A DNA stretch of 64,000 nt from the NCBI GenBank assembly GCA_031459385.1, contig JAVKIP010000011.1:1-64000 (forward strand), written 5' to 3'. This DNA comes from Candidatus Fervidifonticultor secundus (GTDB lineage: Bacteria > Sysuimicrobiota > Sysuimicrobiia > Sysuimicrobiales > Humicultoraceae). Below, piece by piece: positions 8,964 through 18,664 of this stretch. Every line of letters starts with the position of its first letter. Position 1 is the stretch's first letter. A program made the translations under genes and the position numbers. Below the pieces are notes generated by a model that saw nothing but the letters and a program-made list of their open reading frames with translations, did not search any database and was not told where the DNA came from.

Positions 8964-9887
8964 CTGCTCCGGTTCCTGTTCAAACGTTTGGTTGCGGCAC
9001 TGCCGGTCCTGGTGGGGATTTCCGTCGCCGTCTTCCTGATGATGCATCTCGTGCCGGGCGACCCGGCCAAGATGATGCTGGGCGAGCTGGCGGTCGACGA
9101 GGAGGTTGTCGCCAACTTCCGGCACCAGCTCGGGCTAGACGATCCGATTCCGGTGCAGTACTGGCGCTTCCTGCGCAACGCGCTCCGGGGCGACCTGGGC
9201 CGGTCTATTCTCGAGAACCAGCCGGTGGCACGGATGATCTGGCAGGTCCTGCCGTCCACCGTGGAGCTGACGCTGGCGGGCATGGGGGTGGCCGTCTTGC
9301 TCGGGGGCGCCCTGGGCATCACGGCCGCAGTGCGCCACCACACCTGGGTGGACAACGGAAGCATGTTGCTGGCCCTGTGGGGGGTCTCGATGCCCTCGTT
9401 CTGGATGGGGCTGCTGCTCATCTTCCTGTTCTCGCTGAAGCTGGGCTGGCTGCCCGCTACCGGACAGGGAGGGTGGGTGCGCCTGGTCATGCCCGCGTTC
9501 ACGCTGGGCTATGTGGCCGCAGCGGTGATTGCCCGACTGGTGCGGTCCAGCATGCTGGAGGTGCTGCGCCAGGATTACGTCCGTACCGCCCGTGCCAAAG
9601 GTCTGGCTGAGCGGCTGGTCGTCTACCGGCACGCGTTGAGAAACGCGCTGATCCCAGTGGTCACTGTCATGGGCCTGCAGTTCGGCGCGTTGCTGGGCGG
9701 GACCGTGGTCATCGAGACCGTGTTCTCCAGGCCCGGCATCGGCCGGCTGGCGGTGACTTCGATCCTCAGCAAGGACTTCCAGGTCACGCAGGGGACCGTG
9801 CTGATGTCCGCCGTCTTCTACACCCTGGTCAACATCATTGTGGACGCCTCGTACGCCGCGCTCGACCCAAGGATTCGATATGACTGA
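8964..9887 (+). CDS. Peptide ABC permease (DppB/OppB-like); probable CTG start
   Basis: PGDPA, GDLGRS, DYVRTARAKGL, LDPRIR; SD GGAGGG 6 nt before CTG CTC CGG TTC (MLRFLFKRL). Confidence 0.92.
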   Translation: MLRFLFKRLVAALPVLVGISVAVFLMMHLVPGDPAKMMLGELAVDEEVVANFRHQLGLDDPIPVQYWRFLRNALRGDLGRSILENQPVARMIWQVLPSTVELTLAGMGVAVLLGGALGITAAVRHHTWVDNGSMLLALWGVSMPSFWMGLLLIFLFSLKLGWLPATGQGGWVRLVMPAFTLGYVAAAVIARLVRSSMLEVLRQDYVRTARAKGLAERLVVYRHALRNALIPVVTVMGLQFGALLGGTVVIETVFSRPGIGRLAVTSILSKDFQVTQGTVLMSAVFYTLVNIIVDASYAALDPRIRYD

Positions 9888-10737
9888 CCGGCGACCGGAG
9901 AGCCCGTGGCGGTCGGCCACCCGCCGGCTGCGACGCAACCGCGGCGCTGTCGCCGGCTTGTATCTAGTACTCGCGCTGGTGGCGGTGGCTGTGTTCGCGG
10001 ACCGGCTGGCCCCGTACGATCCGGTCAAGATCAACCCCGAAGCGGCGCTGCGGCCACCGGGCCGGCCGTTCCTGCTGGGAACCGACACCTTGGGCCGGGA
10101 TGTTCTCTCGCGCCTAGTGCACGGCGCGCGAATCTCGCTCCGCGTCGGCTTGGTTTCCGTGAGCATCGCAGCCGCGCTGGGCACCACGCTCGGCCTGCTG
10201 GCGGGGTACTACGGGCGCTGGCTGGATCTGGGCATCATGCGGTTCATCGATCTGCTGCTGGCGTTTCCCAGCGTGCTCCTGGCCCTGGCGATCATCGCCA
10301 TTCTAGGGCCGAGCATCTTCAACCTGATGATCGCGGTGGGCATTTCGGCCACGCCAGCGTACGCACGCCTCGTCCGCGGGTCGGTCCTGTCCGCCAGGGA
10401 GAACACCTACGTGGAGGCGGCGCGGGCCGTGGGCTGCAGCGATCGCCTCATCATCTGGCGGCACATCCTGCCCAACGTGCTGGCGCCGCTCATCGTGCTG
10501 TCGACGCTGGGCATGGCCGGTGCGATTTTGACCGGTGCGGCGCTGTCGTTCCTCGGACTCGGCGTGCAGCCACCGACGCCCGAGTGGGGGGTCATGCTGA
10601 GTGACGGCCGCAACTACCTTCGGCGGGCGTGGTGGATCACCACATTTCCCGGGATGGCCATCATGATCACCGTGCTGGCGATCAATATGTTGGGCGACGG
10701 CCTGCGGGACGCGCTCGATCCCAGGTTGAGGATGTGA
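9880..10737 (+). CDS. Peptide ABC permease (DppC/OppC-like)
   Basis: LGTDTLGRD, YVEAARAVG, PPTPEWG, GDGLRDALDPR. Confidence 0.93.
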   Translation: MTDRRPESPWRSATRRLRRNRGAVAGLYLVLALVAVAVFADRLAPYDPVKINPEAALRPPGRPFLLGTDTLGRDVLSRLVHGARISLRVGLVSVSIAAALGTTLGLLAGYYGRWLDLGIMRFIDLLLAFPSVLLALAIIAILGPSIFNLMIAVGISATPAYARLVRGSVLSARENTYVEAARAVGCSDRLIIWRHILPNVLAPLIVLSTLGMAGAILTGAALSFLGLGVQPPTPEWGVMLSDGRNYLRRAWWITTFPGMAIMITVLAINMLGDGLRDALDPRLRM

Positions 10738-10796
10738 GCACCACCCGCGCGGGCGGGGCAGGAGCGTCCGGAGACCAGTACTGGAAGGGTGTCGGG

Positions 10797-11753
10797 ATGA
10801 ACGAGGAGACATTCTCGGCGGGAACTGCGACGGTGGTCCCCGGACAGAAGGCGCGCGGCGTGCTGGAGGTGCCCGGTACCGATCTACGGCTGCCATTGAC
10901 GCTGGTGTGCGGTCGGACGCCGGGGCCCACGGTCCTGGTGACGGCCGGTGTGCACGGCGGCGAGTATCCAGGCATCGAGGCGGCCATTCGCCTGGCACGG
11001 GAGCTCGATCCCGCGCAGGTGCGCGGCCGCGTGGCGATTGTTCACATCTGCGGGATTTCGGCGTTCCATGCCCGGATGCAGTACCTCACGCCGGAGGACG
11101 GCAAGAACCCCAATCGGGTGTATCCCGGGCGGGCGACCGGAACGGTCTCCGAGCGCCTGGCGTACACGATCATGGAGACGTTCGTGGCCCGCGCGGACGC
11201 GTGGGTCGATCTCCACGGCGGCGACATCCATGAATCCTTGTGGCCATTCACCATTCACTCGGCCAGGGGCCCGTCCGATGTGGCATCGCGGGCCCGTGCC
11301 ATGGCCGATGTGTTCGGCATCCGGCACATCATCGTCTCGGAGTCGATCTCCGGTGGGACCTACGGCGCGGCCGCGGCGCGGAGCGTGCCTGCGATCCTGG
11401 TCGAGGCGGGGGGTGTGGGGCAGCTCGACGAGGAGAGTGTGGCGATCCACCTGCGCGGGTTGCACAACGTGCTGCGGCTGCTCGGGGTGCTGCCGGGGAG
11501 CCCGCAGCCGGCCCAGCCACCGGTGCGCCTGAGTCGGTTCGACTGGCTGCGGGCCGAGCAGGCGGGCTGCTGGTATCCAGCGGTGCAGGCCAGCGAGCGG
11601 GTGAGGGCGGGGCAGGTCGCCGGGACCATAAAGGACTACTGGGGCGAGACACTGGCCGACTACCGCGTGCCGGCAGACGGCGTCGTGCTCTTCGTGGTCA
11701 CGTCGCTGGCGATCAACCCCGGCGATCCCCTGGTCGGCATCGGGGTGGTGTAG
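10797..11753 (+). CDS. Succinylglutamate desuccinylase/aspartoacylase (M14-like) family hydrolase
   Basis: GVHGGEYPG, NPNRVYPG, DLHGG, C-terminal barrel-sandwich hybrid. Confidence 0.88.
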   Translation: MNEETFSAGTATVVPGQKARGVLEVPGTDLRLPLTLVCGRTPGPTVLVTAGVHGGEYPGIEAAIRLARELDPAQVRGRVAIVHICGISAFHARMQYLTPEDGKNPNRVYPGRATGTVSERLAYTIMETFVARADAWVDLHGGDIHESLWPFTIHSARGPSDVASRARAMADVFGIRHIIVSESISGGTYGAAAARSVPAILVEAGGVGQLDEESVAIHLRGLHNVLRLLGVLPGSPQPAQPPVRLSRFDWLRAEQAGCWYPAVQASERVRAGQVAGTIKDYWGETLADYRVPADGVVLFVVTSLAINPGDPLVGIGVV

Positions 11754-11759
11754 GCAGCC

Positions 11760-12456
11760 ATGGCTACCGAATTTGCGTGCCCGGGCCACATCCGACGACA
11801 TCGGTGAGGCCGGGCTCACGTCGGTGGCCGTGGTCGGCGATGTGGCCGACGAACACCAGGTGCGGGCCATCGTCCAGCAGACCACACAGGCGTTGGGGCC
11901 CGTGGACATCCTGGTGAACTCTGCCGGCATCTTCCCCAACTGCCCGGTGGTCGAGATGGATGTAGCCGAGTGGGACCGTGTCTTCGCCGTGAACGTCCGC
12001 GGCCCCATGCTCCTGTGCCGCGAAGTGGCCCAGCAGATGATCGCGCGAGGGATGGCCGGCGCTATCGTCAATATCACGTCGCCGGCGGGCTCGTCGGCCC
12101 GCACCGGCGGCGCACATTACTGCGGGTCGAAGGCGGCGCTGAACCTGCTCACGCACACGCTGGCCATTGAGCTCGGCCCGCACGGCATCCGGGTCAATGC
12201 TGTCTCGCCGGGCCTCGTCCTCGACGAGGTGGTCTCGAAGGACCGCCCACCGGCCGACGAATACCCGCTGGCAATCCTGCGGGGCATTCCTCTGGGACGC
12301 ACCGGCACCGGCGACGACGTCGCGCCGGCGGTGTTGTTTGCGGCCAGCCGCCAGCGCGCTGGCTACATGACTGGTGCCATCATCGAGGTAACCGGCGGCG
12401 CGCATGCAGGCCGACCGCATCTCCCGCCTAACCGTCGGGTGGCACAGAGCGTGTAG
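11760..12456 (+). pseudogene. SDR oxidoreductase with internal deletion of the N-terminal TGxxxGxG motif
   Basis: ATG 11760 (MATEFA) is out of frame with the body that has DILVNSAG, YCGSK, NAVSPG; no glycine-rich motif present. Confidence 0.75.
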
Positions 12457-12664
12457 AATGAAACGAGAGCCCGTGGCCATCACGGCGCACGTCCTCGGCT
12501 CGCTTGCACAGTTCCTCGCGGCCGTCGCTCTTCAGTGGGTTGCTCGGCTCTCCTTGCTTGGCTCGCTTTCGTAGCGGTCCACCGTGGCCTTGGCCCGCTC
12601 GATCGTCTGCTGGAGGAAACCCGTGCTTCCGGCGGTATCGCCGGGTGGGTCGCCACCAGCCCTC

Positions 12665-13201
12665 CTAGGCCGCTCGCCACTTGATGGTGCAGCCGCGCGG
12701 CGGGGTGGCGGCCGGCTGCGGGTCGCGGCCTGCCAGCAGGGCCTCGATGGCGTCCCGCAGGTAGTGCGCCCGCACGGCCGCCGGATCTTCCACGTTGTCG
12801 TCCGGCGCGCCGTGGTAGCGCAGCTCCCGATTCTTGTCGAAGAGGAAGATCTCCGGGGTGCGCGTCGCGCCGTAGCGCCGCGCCACTGCCTGCGTCTCGT
12901 CGAACAAGTAGGGGAAGGGGTACTGCTTCTCTCGCGCCCGCTGCTGCATCGCCTCGAACGAGTCGTCCGGATACGCGACGGGGTCGTTGCTGTTGATCAG
13001 CACGAACTGCACACCGCGCTCCGCGTATCGGCGCTGAGAGGCGATGATCCGATCCTCCCAGGCCTTCACGTACGGACAGTGGTTGCACCAGAAGATCACG
13101 CCGAGCACCGGCGCGGCGGCGAACTGCTCCGACGTGACGGTGGTGCCGTCGGTGGCGCGCAGGGCAAAGGGCTGAAGGCGCTCACGCAGTGCCAGGGCCA
13201 T
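12665..13201 (-). CDS. Thioredoxin-family/AhpC-TSA peroxiredoxin-like protein
   Basis: WCNHCPYV, INSND, YPFPYLFDETQ, TPE, GCTIKW; SD AAGGAGG. Confidence 0.92.
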   Translation of the reverse strand: MALALRERLQPFALRATDGTTVTSEQFAAAPVLGVIFWCNHCPYVKAWEDRIIASQRRYAERGVQFVLINSNDPVAYPDDSFEAMQQRAREKQYPFPYLFDETQAVARRYGATRTPEIFLFDKNRELRYHGAPDDNVEDPAAVRAHYLRDAIEALLAGRDPQPAATPPRGCTIKWRAA

Positions 13202-13529
13202 GGACACCCTCCTTGACTGGCGTCCGCCGGCGCAGCGCCGCGCGGATCATGGCAGCGGTCGGGAGCGGCGAGAGGCGCCCGGTCTCCGTACGGTACGTCC
13301 GGCATGTCAGCACGCCCCGTGCCTGGACTCCGTCGGGCTGGAGGTCCTCGCCATCGAGGCGAATCGTGGGCGACCCGGGAAAGGCCAGGCGCTCCGCGTC
13401 CTCCTGGGTCTCGACGCGCACGACCTCCACGGCGACGTCGAAGCCCTCATCTCGGAGCGCCTGGCGCAGGCGCGCCAGGGCTTCCTCGTGCGACGGACAC
13501 CCCTCCCAGTAGAGAAACTGCACCTTCAC
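13182..13529 (-). CDS. Small thioredoxin-fold protein (DUF2703/alkylmercury-lyase-associated type)
   Basis: LYWEGCPSH, FPGSPTIRLDGEDL, CRTY. Confidence 0.8.
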   Translation of the reverse strand: MKVQFLYWEGCPSHEEALARLRQALRDEGFDVAVEVVRVETQEDAERLAFPGSPTIRLDGEDLQPDGVQARGVLTCRTYRTETGRLSPLPTAAMIRAALRRRTPVKEGVHGPGTA

Positions 13530-13639
13530 GCCGCGTCCTCTGCTGACCGTGATCCCGCGGCCCGCGCCGCGGTCGTCTCCACGTTCCTCTCCATGCAACG
13601 CGGGATGCGGCGCGGCTCTTCCCGACGCCGCCGGCGCGG

Positions 13640-14428
13640 CTAACGGGTGGCGCAGTTGAGGCAGTGTCTGGACAGCACCAGCACCAGGTGGCCGTCGACT
13701 CGACCGAGCCCCTGCACGTCCGTCGAGGTGTCGCTCTGTACCTCGCGCCAGAACGGGCGGCCGCCCACCATCACGAACGCGATCTGACTCCCCACCTGTC
13801 CCCAGTCATAGTACAGGATCAGCTGGTGGACCAGGCCCGCGTCGTCCACCGTGGCGGTCAGCGCGTAGGGGGGCCCGGAGCGGACGATGCTGGCGCGCCG
13901 GGCCGGCGAGAACAGCCAGCGCGCCAGCGCGCGGCGGGCTGTGGGGTCGGTGACGTAGGCTCCCTGGCCGTAGCGCTGCATCGCCTCGGTCACGATGTCG
14001 TGCCGCACCCCCCCCAGGACGTAACGCCCGACGCGCTCTTCCAGCACGAAGACGTCCTGGGTGGGCAGGAAGTCGCCCAGGCGCTGCTCGGTCTCGATCA
14101 GGTCGGTGACCGCCTTCTTGATGGATGGGGTGAACGGCCGGAGCAGCAGGGGCACGTCCAGGTGCTGCACCACTGCGCGGCGTTCGCGCGGGGCCGCGCT
14201 GGTCGGACGCGCCTCCAGGTAGGTGCCCTGCGCCCTGACCGTGACGCGCCCCGTGGACAGGAAGAGGGTCACCGCTGCGGTGAACTCGGCGGTCATGGTG
14301 TACGGCTGCGGGTGAGGATCCGCGACGACCCGCGCCAGGAGCGCGTCGATCGTCAGAGGCTGCGCGAGCACAGGGGCGGCCAATAGGAGCACCGCCACGA
14401 CCGCCCTCCGGCAGGCGCCCGTGGTCAT
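13640..14428 (-). CDS. Hypothetical secreted protein with C-terminal CxxC
   Basis: Signal peptide ending VLA-Q; ends HCLNCATR; TATAAT 10 nt upstream. Confidence 0.65.
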   Translation of the reverse strand: MTTGACRRAVVAVLLLAAPVLAQPLTIDALLARVVADPHPQPYTMTAEFTAAVTLFLSTGRVTVRAQGTYLEARPTSAAPRERRAVVQHLDVPLLLRPFTPSIKKAVTDLIETEQRLGDFLPTQDVFVLEERVGRYVLGGVRHDIVTEAMQRYGQGAYVTDPTARRALARWLFSPARRASIVRSGPPYALTATVDDAGLVHQLILYYDWGQVGSQIAFVMVGGRPFWREVQSDTSTDVQGLGRVDGHLVLVLSRHCLNCATR

Positions 14429-14554
14429 GACGGCACCGATTATACCTTCTTGGTCTGCGGGCATGGAAGCGTCTGGCCTGCTGTGGGCATGTATATAATA
14501 AATTAATGAAACCGAGTCTGCGCGGCTGGTACGCCGCGCGCAGTTCGCGAGGGG

Positions 14555-15382
14555 ATGATGCGGTACACTGACGCCGACCTGCGGTTTCTGGCTCACGTGC
14601 TGAGCGGCGGCGATCCCAGGGCGGGCGAGGCCTACCTCCGCCAGTGGCGACGCGATCCCGACCAGCTTGAGCACCATCTTGACGATGACCGCATCGTCAG
14701 GCGGCTGATGGCGGACGATCAGGCGGTGCTGGAACTCTCGCCCCGGCTGCTCTTCACCATCCTCCTGCGCCGGATCCGGCGCGACCTGGCCGAGATTCCG
14801 TATACGGTCGAGCGGGTCGAGCCCGACGGCCGGCTGGTCGTCTTCGATGCCGGCGTTGTGCGCGACTGGCTGGCAGTCGAAGAGATGTTCCGGTACCTGG
14901 TGGAGCTCCTGGTGTCGTTCGAGCGCGTCGAGACCGTCACCGTCCAGCGGACGCAGCCTGTGCGCGAGATCCGGCGGCTCAACACCCTGAACATCGACGA
15001 CATGGTGGAACTCGCGGGCCTGGTCGAGCCGCACGTCCAGCCCCTGGTCTTCCGCCGCATCGGCGACATCGCCCTGTTCACCAGCGGCCTGTTCGGCGAG
15101 GCGATCGCGGGCCCCCGACGCTTCCCGCTGGCGTTCGCCGTCAGCGCGCGCGGGATCCGCCAGCATCGGCTGGAGGACTACGAGGAAGCCGGACGGCGGT
15201 TTTACCGGCTGGCGGCGGACCGCCTCGGCGAGATCCGGCCCGACCTGGCCAGGGTGCTTGCGCGCCTGGCCGACGAGTTCACCATCGCTCGCAAGCCCCT
15301 GGCGGTGCTGTCTGAGCGCTACATTAGCTGGGTGCGTCCGGGCTGGACAGCCGGTCCGCAACTGGGGGCTCTGCCATCGTAG
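14555..15382 (+). CDS. Conserved hypothetical protein
   Basis: Long ORF with coding-like codon use, SD GAGGGG, AT-rich promoter upstream; motif RRIGDIALFTSGLF...GRRFY. Confidence 0.75.
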   Translation: MMRYTDADLRFLAHVLSGGDPRAGEAYLRQWRRDPDQLEHHLDDDRIVRRLMADDQAVLELSPRLLFTILLRRIRRDLAEIPYTVERVEPDGRLVVFDAGVVRDWLAVEEMFRYLVELLVSFERVETVTVQRTQPVREIRRLNTLNIDDMVELAGLVEPHVQPLVFRRIGDIALFTSGLFGEAIAGPRRFPLAFAVSARGIRQHRLEDYEEAGRRFYRLAADRLGEIRPDLARVLARLADEFTIARKPLAVLSERYISWVRPGWTAGPQLGALPS

Positions 15383-15911
15383 GCCGCCGCGCGCCAAACC
15401 GGTTCCAGTGCACCAGGGTCCCCAGCGGCTTTCGGCCCCCTCCGGTGGCGAGCGCGAGGACCAGGCGTTCGACGCGCCCCCGGCCGCGCGGGTGAGGGTA
15501 GCCGAGGGCGATGACCGGTGCCAGGGCGAACCGGGCCGGAATCGCCAGCACGGTGCGGGCCGACGCTTCATGGTGGAGGGTCGCCGGGCAGGAGGCCACG
15601 CCCAGGCTCCACGCGGCCAGCATCATGTTCTGGGCGCAGCGCCCCGCATCGAAGAGCGCGCGCGCATCGTCGAGGGCGATGACGACGGCGGCGCCGGCCC
15701 GGGCCAGATGGCCGGCGAACCGGCCGCACCGGCTGAGCCGGCGCAGGAGGTCCCGGTCGGTGACGACCACGAACTGCCAGGGCTGGCGGTTGCGGGCGCT
15801 GCCGGCCCGGCGGCCGGCGTCCAGCACCCGGCGCAGCACCGCCTCCTCCAGCGGTCGGTCCAGGTACGCGCGGACGTCGCGCTTGCTCACCACGCACCGG
15901 TAGGCGTCCAT
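15324..15911 (-). CDS. Nitroreductase family protein
   Basis: KRDVRAY, AGSARNRQPWQFVVV, AQNMMLAAWSLG, IALGYP. Confidence 0.88.
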   Translation of the reverse strand: MDAYRCVVSKRDVRAYLDRPLEEAVLRRVLDAGRRAGSARNRQPWQFVVVTDRDLLRRLSRCGRFAGHLARAGAAVVIALDDARALFDAGRCAQNMMLAAWSLGVASCPATLHHEASARTVLAIPARFALAPVIALGYPHPRGRGRVERLVLALATGGGRKPLGTLVHWNRFGARRPTMAEPPVADRLSSPDAPS

Positions 15912-15945
15912 CTGCCGGGATGATACCATGGCGCGCGAGGAGCGC

Positions 15946-17310
15946 ATGCCGACCCGCGATCACGAGCTCTTGCTCCGCGTCGACCGCCTCGCCTACGGCG
16001 GCCGGGGCGTGGCGCGTCACGACGGACTGGTCGTCTTCGTGGAGGGCGCCGCGCCGGGCGACCTGGTGCGGGTGCGCGTGCGCAAGGCCAGGCGCACCTT
16101 TGCCGAGGCCACAGCGGTGGACGTCCTGGAGCCGTCGCCCGTGCGCACGGCGCCCCGCTGTCCGCACTTCGGTCCGTGCGGCGGGTGCATCTGGCAGCAC
16201 ATCGACTACGCGGCCCAGGCGCAGGCCAAGGAAGCCATCGTCCGCGAGAGCCTGACGCACCTGGGCGGGGTCGCGACGCCGCCGGTGCGAGCCATCGTGG
16301 CCGCCGACGACCCCTGGTACTACCGGAACAAGATGGAGTTCTCGTTTCACCCGGTGGGCACGCTGGGACTGCACCGGCGCGGCGACTGGAACGCCATCGT
16401 CCCCATCGCGACCTGCTACCTGCAGTCGGACGTATCGGCGGCGCTGGTGCGCGCGGTGCGCGCCTTCGTCGAGGAGCGCGGGCTCCCGCCGTACGACCCG
16501 CGGACCCACCGTGGTCTGCTGCGCGCGCTGGTGGTCCGGGAGGGGCGCGGCACCGGTGACCGGCTCGTGGGCCTGCTCACGACGCCGGGCCCGTTTCCCG
16601 CGGCCGAGGCGTTTGCGCGGGTGGTGCGCGAGGCCGCGCCCGATGTGACCGGGATCGTCCGCGGGGTGGTGCCAGGCGTCGCCGACGGCGCGCCGATCGC
16701 GGCCGTCGAGCCGATCTTCGGCCGGCCGTACCTGGAGGAGGTCCTGGGCGACCTGCGCTTCCGCATCGGCCTGGAGACGTTCTTCCAGACCAACACCCCG
16801 CAGGCGGCGCGCATGGTGGCGCACGTCGTCAGCCGGGCGGCGCCCGCGCCGGGGGCGCGCATCTTCGACCTCTACTGCGGCGTGGGGACGTTCGCCCTGG
16901 CGCTGGCGCGCGCCGGTGCCGCCGTCGCCGGCGTGGAGGCGGTCCCCGCCGCGATCGAGGCCGCGCAGGCTAACGCCGCCCTGAACGGGCTCAAGGGGCT
17001 GGACTTCCGCGCGGGCGACGTGCGCCTGGTGTTGCCGGCCCTGACGGCCGCGTATGGCCCGCCGGACGTCCTGGTGCTCGACCCGCCGCGCTCCGGCGCG
17101 GGCGGCAGGGTGATGCGGAAGATCGGGCGCAGCGGCGCCCGACGGGTCATCTACGTCTCGTGCAACCCGACGACGCTGGCGCCCGACCTGAAGGAACTGC
17201 TGCCCTTTGGCTATCGGTTGCTCGAGGTGCAGCCATTCGACCTGTTTCCGCACACGTATCACGTCGAGGCCGTCGCGGTCCTCGACCGGGACGAGGGAGG
17301 GACATCGTGA
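15946..17310 (+). CDS. rlmD: 23S rRNA (uracil-5)-methyltransferase RlmD
   Basis: TRAM domain, CPHFGPCGGC, YRNK, FFQTN, DLYCGVG, LDPPRSG, YVSCNP, DLFPHTYHVE. Confidence 0.93.
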   Translation: MPTRDHELLLRVDRLAYGGRGVARHDGLVVFVEGAAPGDLVRVRVRKARRTFAEATAVDVLEPSPVRTAPRCPHFGPCGGCIWQHIDYAAQAQAKEAIVRESLTHLGGVATPPVRAIVAADDPWYYRNKMEFSFHPVGTLGLHRRGDWNAIVPIATCYLQSDVSAALVRAVRAFVEERGLPPYDPRTHRGLLRALVVREGRGTGDRLVGLLTTPGPFPAAEAFARVVREAAPDVTGIVRGVVPGVADGAPIAAVEPIFGRPYLEEVLGDLRFRIGLETFFQTNTPQAARMVAHVVSRAAPAPGARIFDLYCGVGTFALALARAGAAVAGVEAVPAAIEAAQANAALNGLKGLDFRAGDVRLVLPALTAAYGPPDVLVLDPPRSGAGGRVMRKIGRSGARRVIYVSCNPTTLAPDLKELLPFGYRLLEVQPFDLFPHTYHVEAVAVLDRDEGGTS

Positions 17311-17870
17311 GTGTGCACGACCTCATCAAGCGCCGCCGCAGTATTCCCAAGATGCGTCCCGACCCGGTGCCGCGCGAGGTGCTGGAACGCATGCTGGACG
17401 CGGCCGTCTGGGCGCCCAACCACCGGCTCACCGAGCCCTGGCGCTTCTACGTGTTGGTGGGCGATGGCAAGCGCCGGTTCGCCGAGATCCGGCGCGCGGT
17501 ACGGGCCGCGGCCCTGCCCGACCCGGACGCGCCGGAGGCACAGCGGGCCCTCGAGCGCGTCTTCCAGGACACGATGGCGACGCCGGCGCTGATCGTGGTG
17601 ACGGCGCACCAGGCCGCCGACGAGGAGACGCGCCGCGAGGACGAGTACGCCACGTTCATGGCGATTCAGAACATGCTCCTGGTGGCGACCGAGGCTGGCG
17701 TCGGCACCTATATGCGCACGGGCGCGGCCCTGATGAACCACCCGGAGCTGCGGGCGCTGCTGAACCTCGAGGACGACCGCCGCGTGGTGGCGGTGGTCTA
17801 CGCCGGCTACCCGCAAGACGTCCCGCAGAAGCGGCGCACGCCGGCCGAGGAGAAGACCGTCTGGCTGTAG
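17307..17870 (+). CDS. Nitroreductase (YdjA-like)
   Basis: RRSI, APNHRLTEPWRF, IQNMLL, AGYP. Confidence 0.88.
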   Translation: MSVHDLIKRRRSIPKMRPDPVPREVLERMLDAAVWAPNHRLTEPWRFYVLVGDGKRRFAEIRRAVRAAALPDPDAPEAQRALERVFQDTMATPALIVVTAHQAADEETRREDEYATFMAIQNMLLVATEAGVGTYMRTGAALMNHPELRALLNLEDDRRVVAVVYAGYPQDVPQKRRTPAEEKTVWL

Positions 17871-18664
17871 TCGGGTTGATCCCCGCGGCGGGGCGGGCAA
17901 CGCGGCTGGGGCCGCTGCCGTTCAGCAAGCCGTTGTTTCCGATCCGCGTGACGTCAGGGAGACCGGGCGCGCCGGCGGTCACGGTGGTCGGCGCCCACCT
18001 GCTGGCGCGCATGCGGCAGGCCGGCATCGGGAAGGCCTACGTGCTGGTGGCCCGGGGGCAGTGGGACATGGCATCGTACTTTGGCGACGGGACAGCCGCG
18101 GGCGTGCGCCTGGCCTACATCGCGGTGGACGCGACGCCCAGCACCGTCCATACCCTCGACCGGGCGCACCCGTTCGTCGAGGGCGTGCCGGTCGCGCTGG
18201 GATTTCCGGATATCCTGTTCAGGCCACCCGATCTCTACAGCCGGATCATCGCGCACCAGCAGGTGACGGGTGCCGACGTGGTGCTGGCGGTGCTCCCGAC
18301 CGACCGCCCGCAGCGCATGGACATGGTCGACTTGGACGCCCAGGGTACGGTGCGCGATATCGTCATCAAGCCCCAGCACACGACGCTGCGGTTCACGTGG
18401 ACGGCCGCGGTCTGGACACCCGCGTTCACCCGCTTCCTGCACGCGTTCCTGGCCCGCGCTGGCCCTGACGACGCCGTGACGCACGGTCAGTGGGAGGGCC
18501 GCGAGCTGTTCGTGGGCGATGTCATCCGCGCGGCCCTCCGCGAGGGCATGCGGGTAGAAGGGGTGACGTTTCCCGAGGGAGCGACGCTCGACATCGGCAC
18601 CCCGGAGGACCTGGCGCGGGCCCTGGAAGGCGCAGCGGCGTTCGAGGACGACGCCCTGCCCTAG
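17861..18664 (+). CDS. Sugar-phosphate nucleotidyltransferase (RmlA-like); start uncertain, possibly CTG
   Basis: [12 protein letters not shown]...K motif, FPD, DIGTPED. Confidence 0.82.
   Translation: MAVVGLIPAAGRATRLGPLPFSKPLFPIRVTSGRPGAPAVTVVGAHLLARMRQAGIGKAYVLVARGQWDMASYFGDGTAAGVRLAYIAVDATPSTVHTLDRAHPFVEGVPVALGFPDILFRPPDLYSRIIAHQQVTGADVVLAVLPTDRPQRMDMVDLDAQGTVRDIVIKPQHTTLRFTWTAAVWTPAFTRFLHAFLARAGPDDAVTHGQWEGRELFVGDVIRAALREGMRVEGVTFPEGATLDIGTPEDLARALEGAAAFEDDALP

Noticed and set aside
12457..12664. Possible right-hand IS end or gene fragment (…CCCTCCTAG)
   Set aside because: Does not convincingly match the left-end sequence as an inverted repeat; no recognisable protein motif.
13182..13529. 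Possible second selenoprotein (small Trx-fold protein)
   Set aside because: The catalytic position is TGT (Cys) and there is no in-frame TGA.
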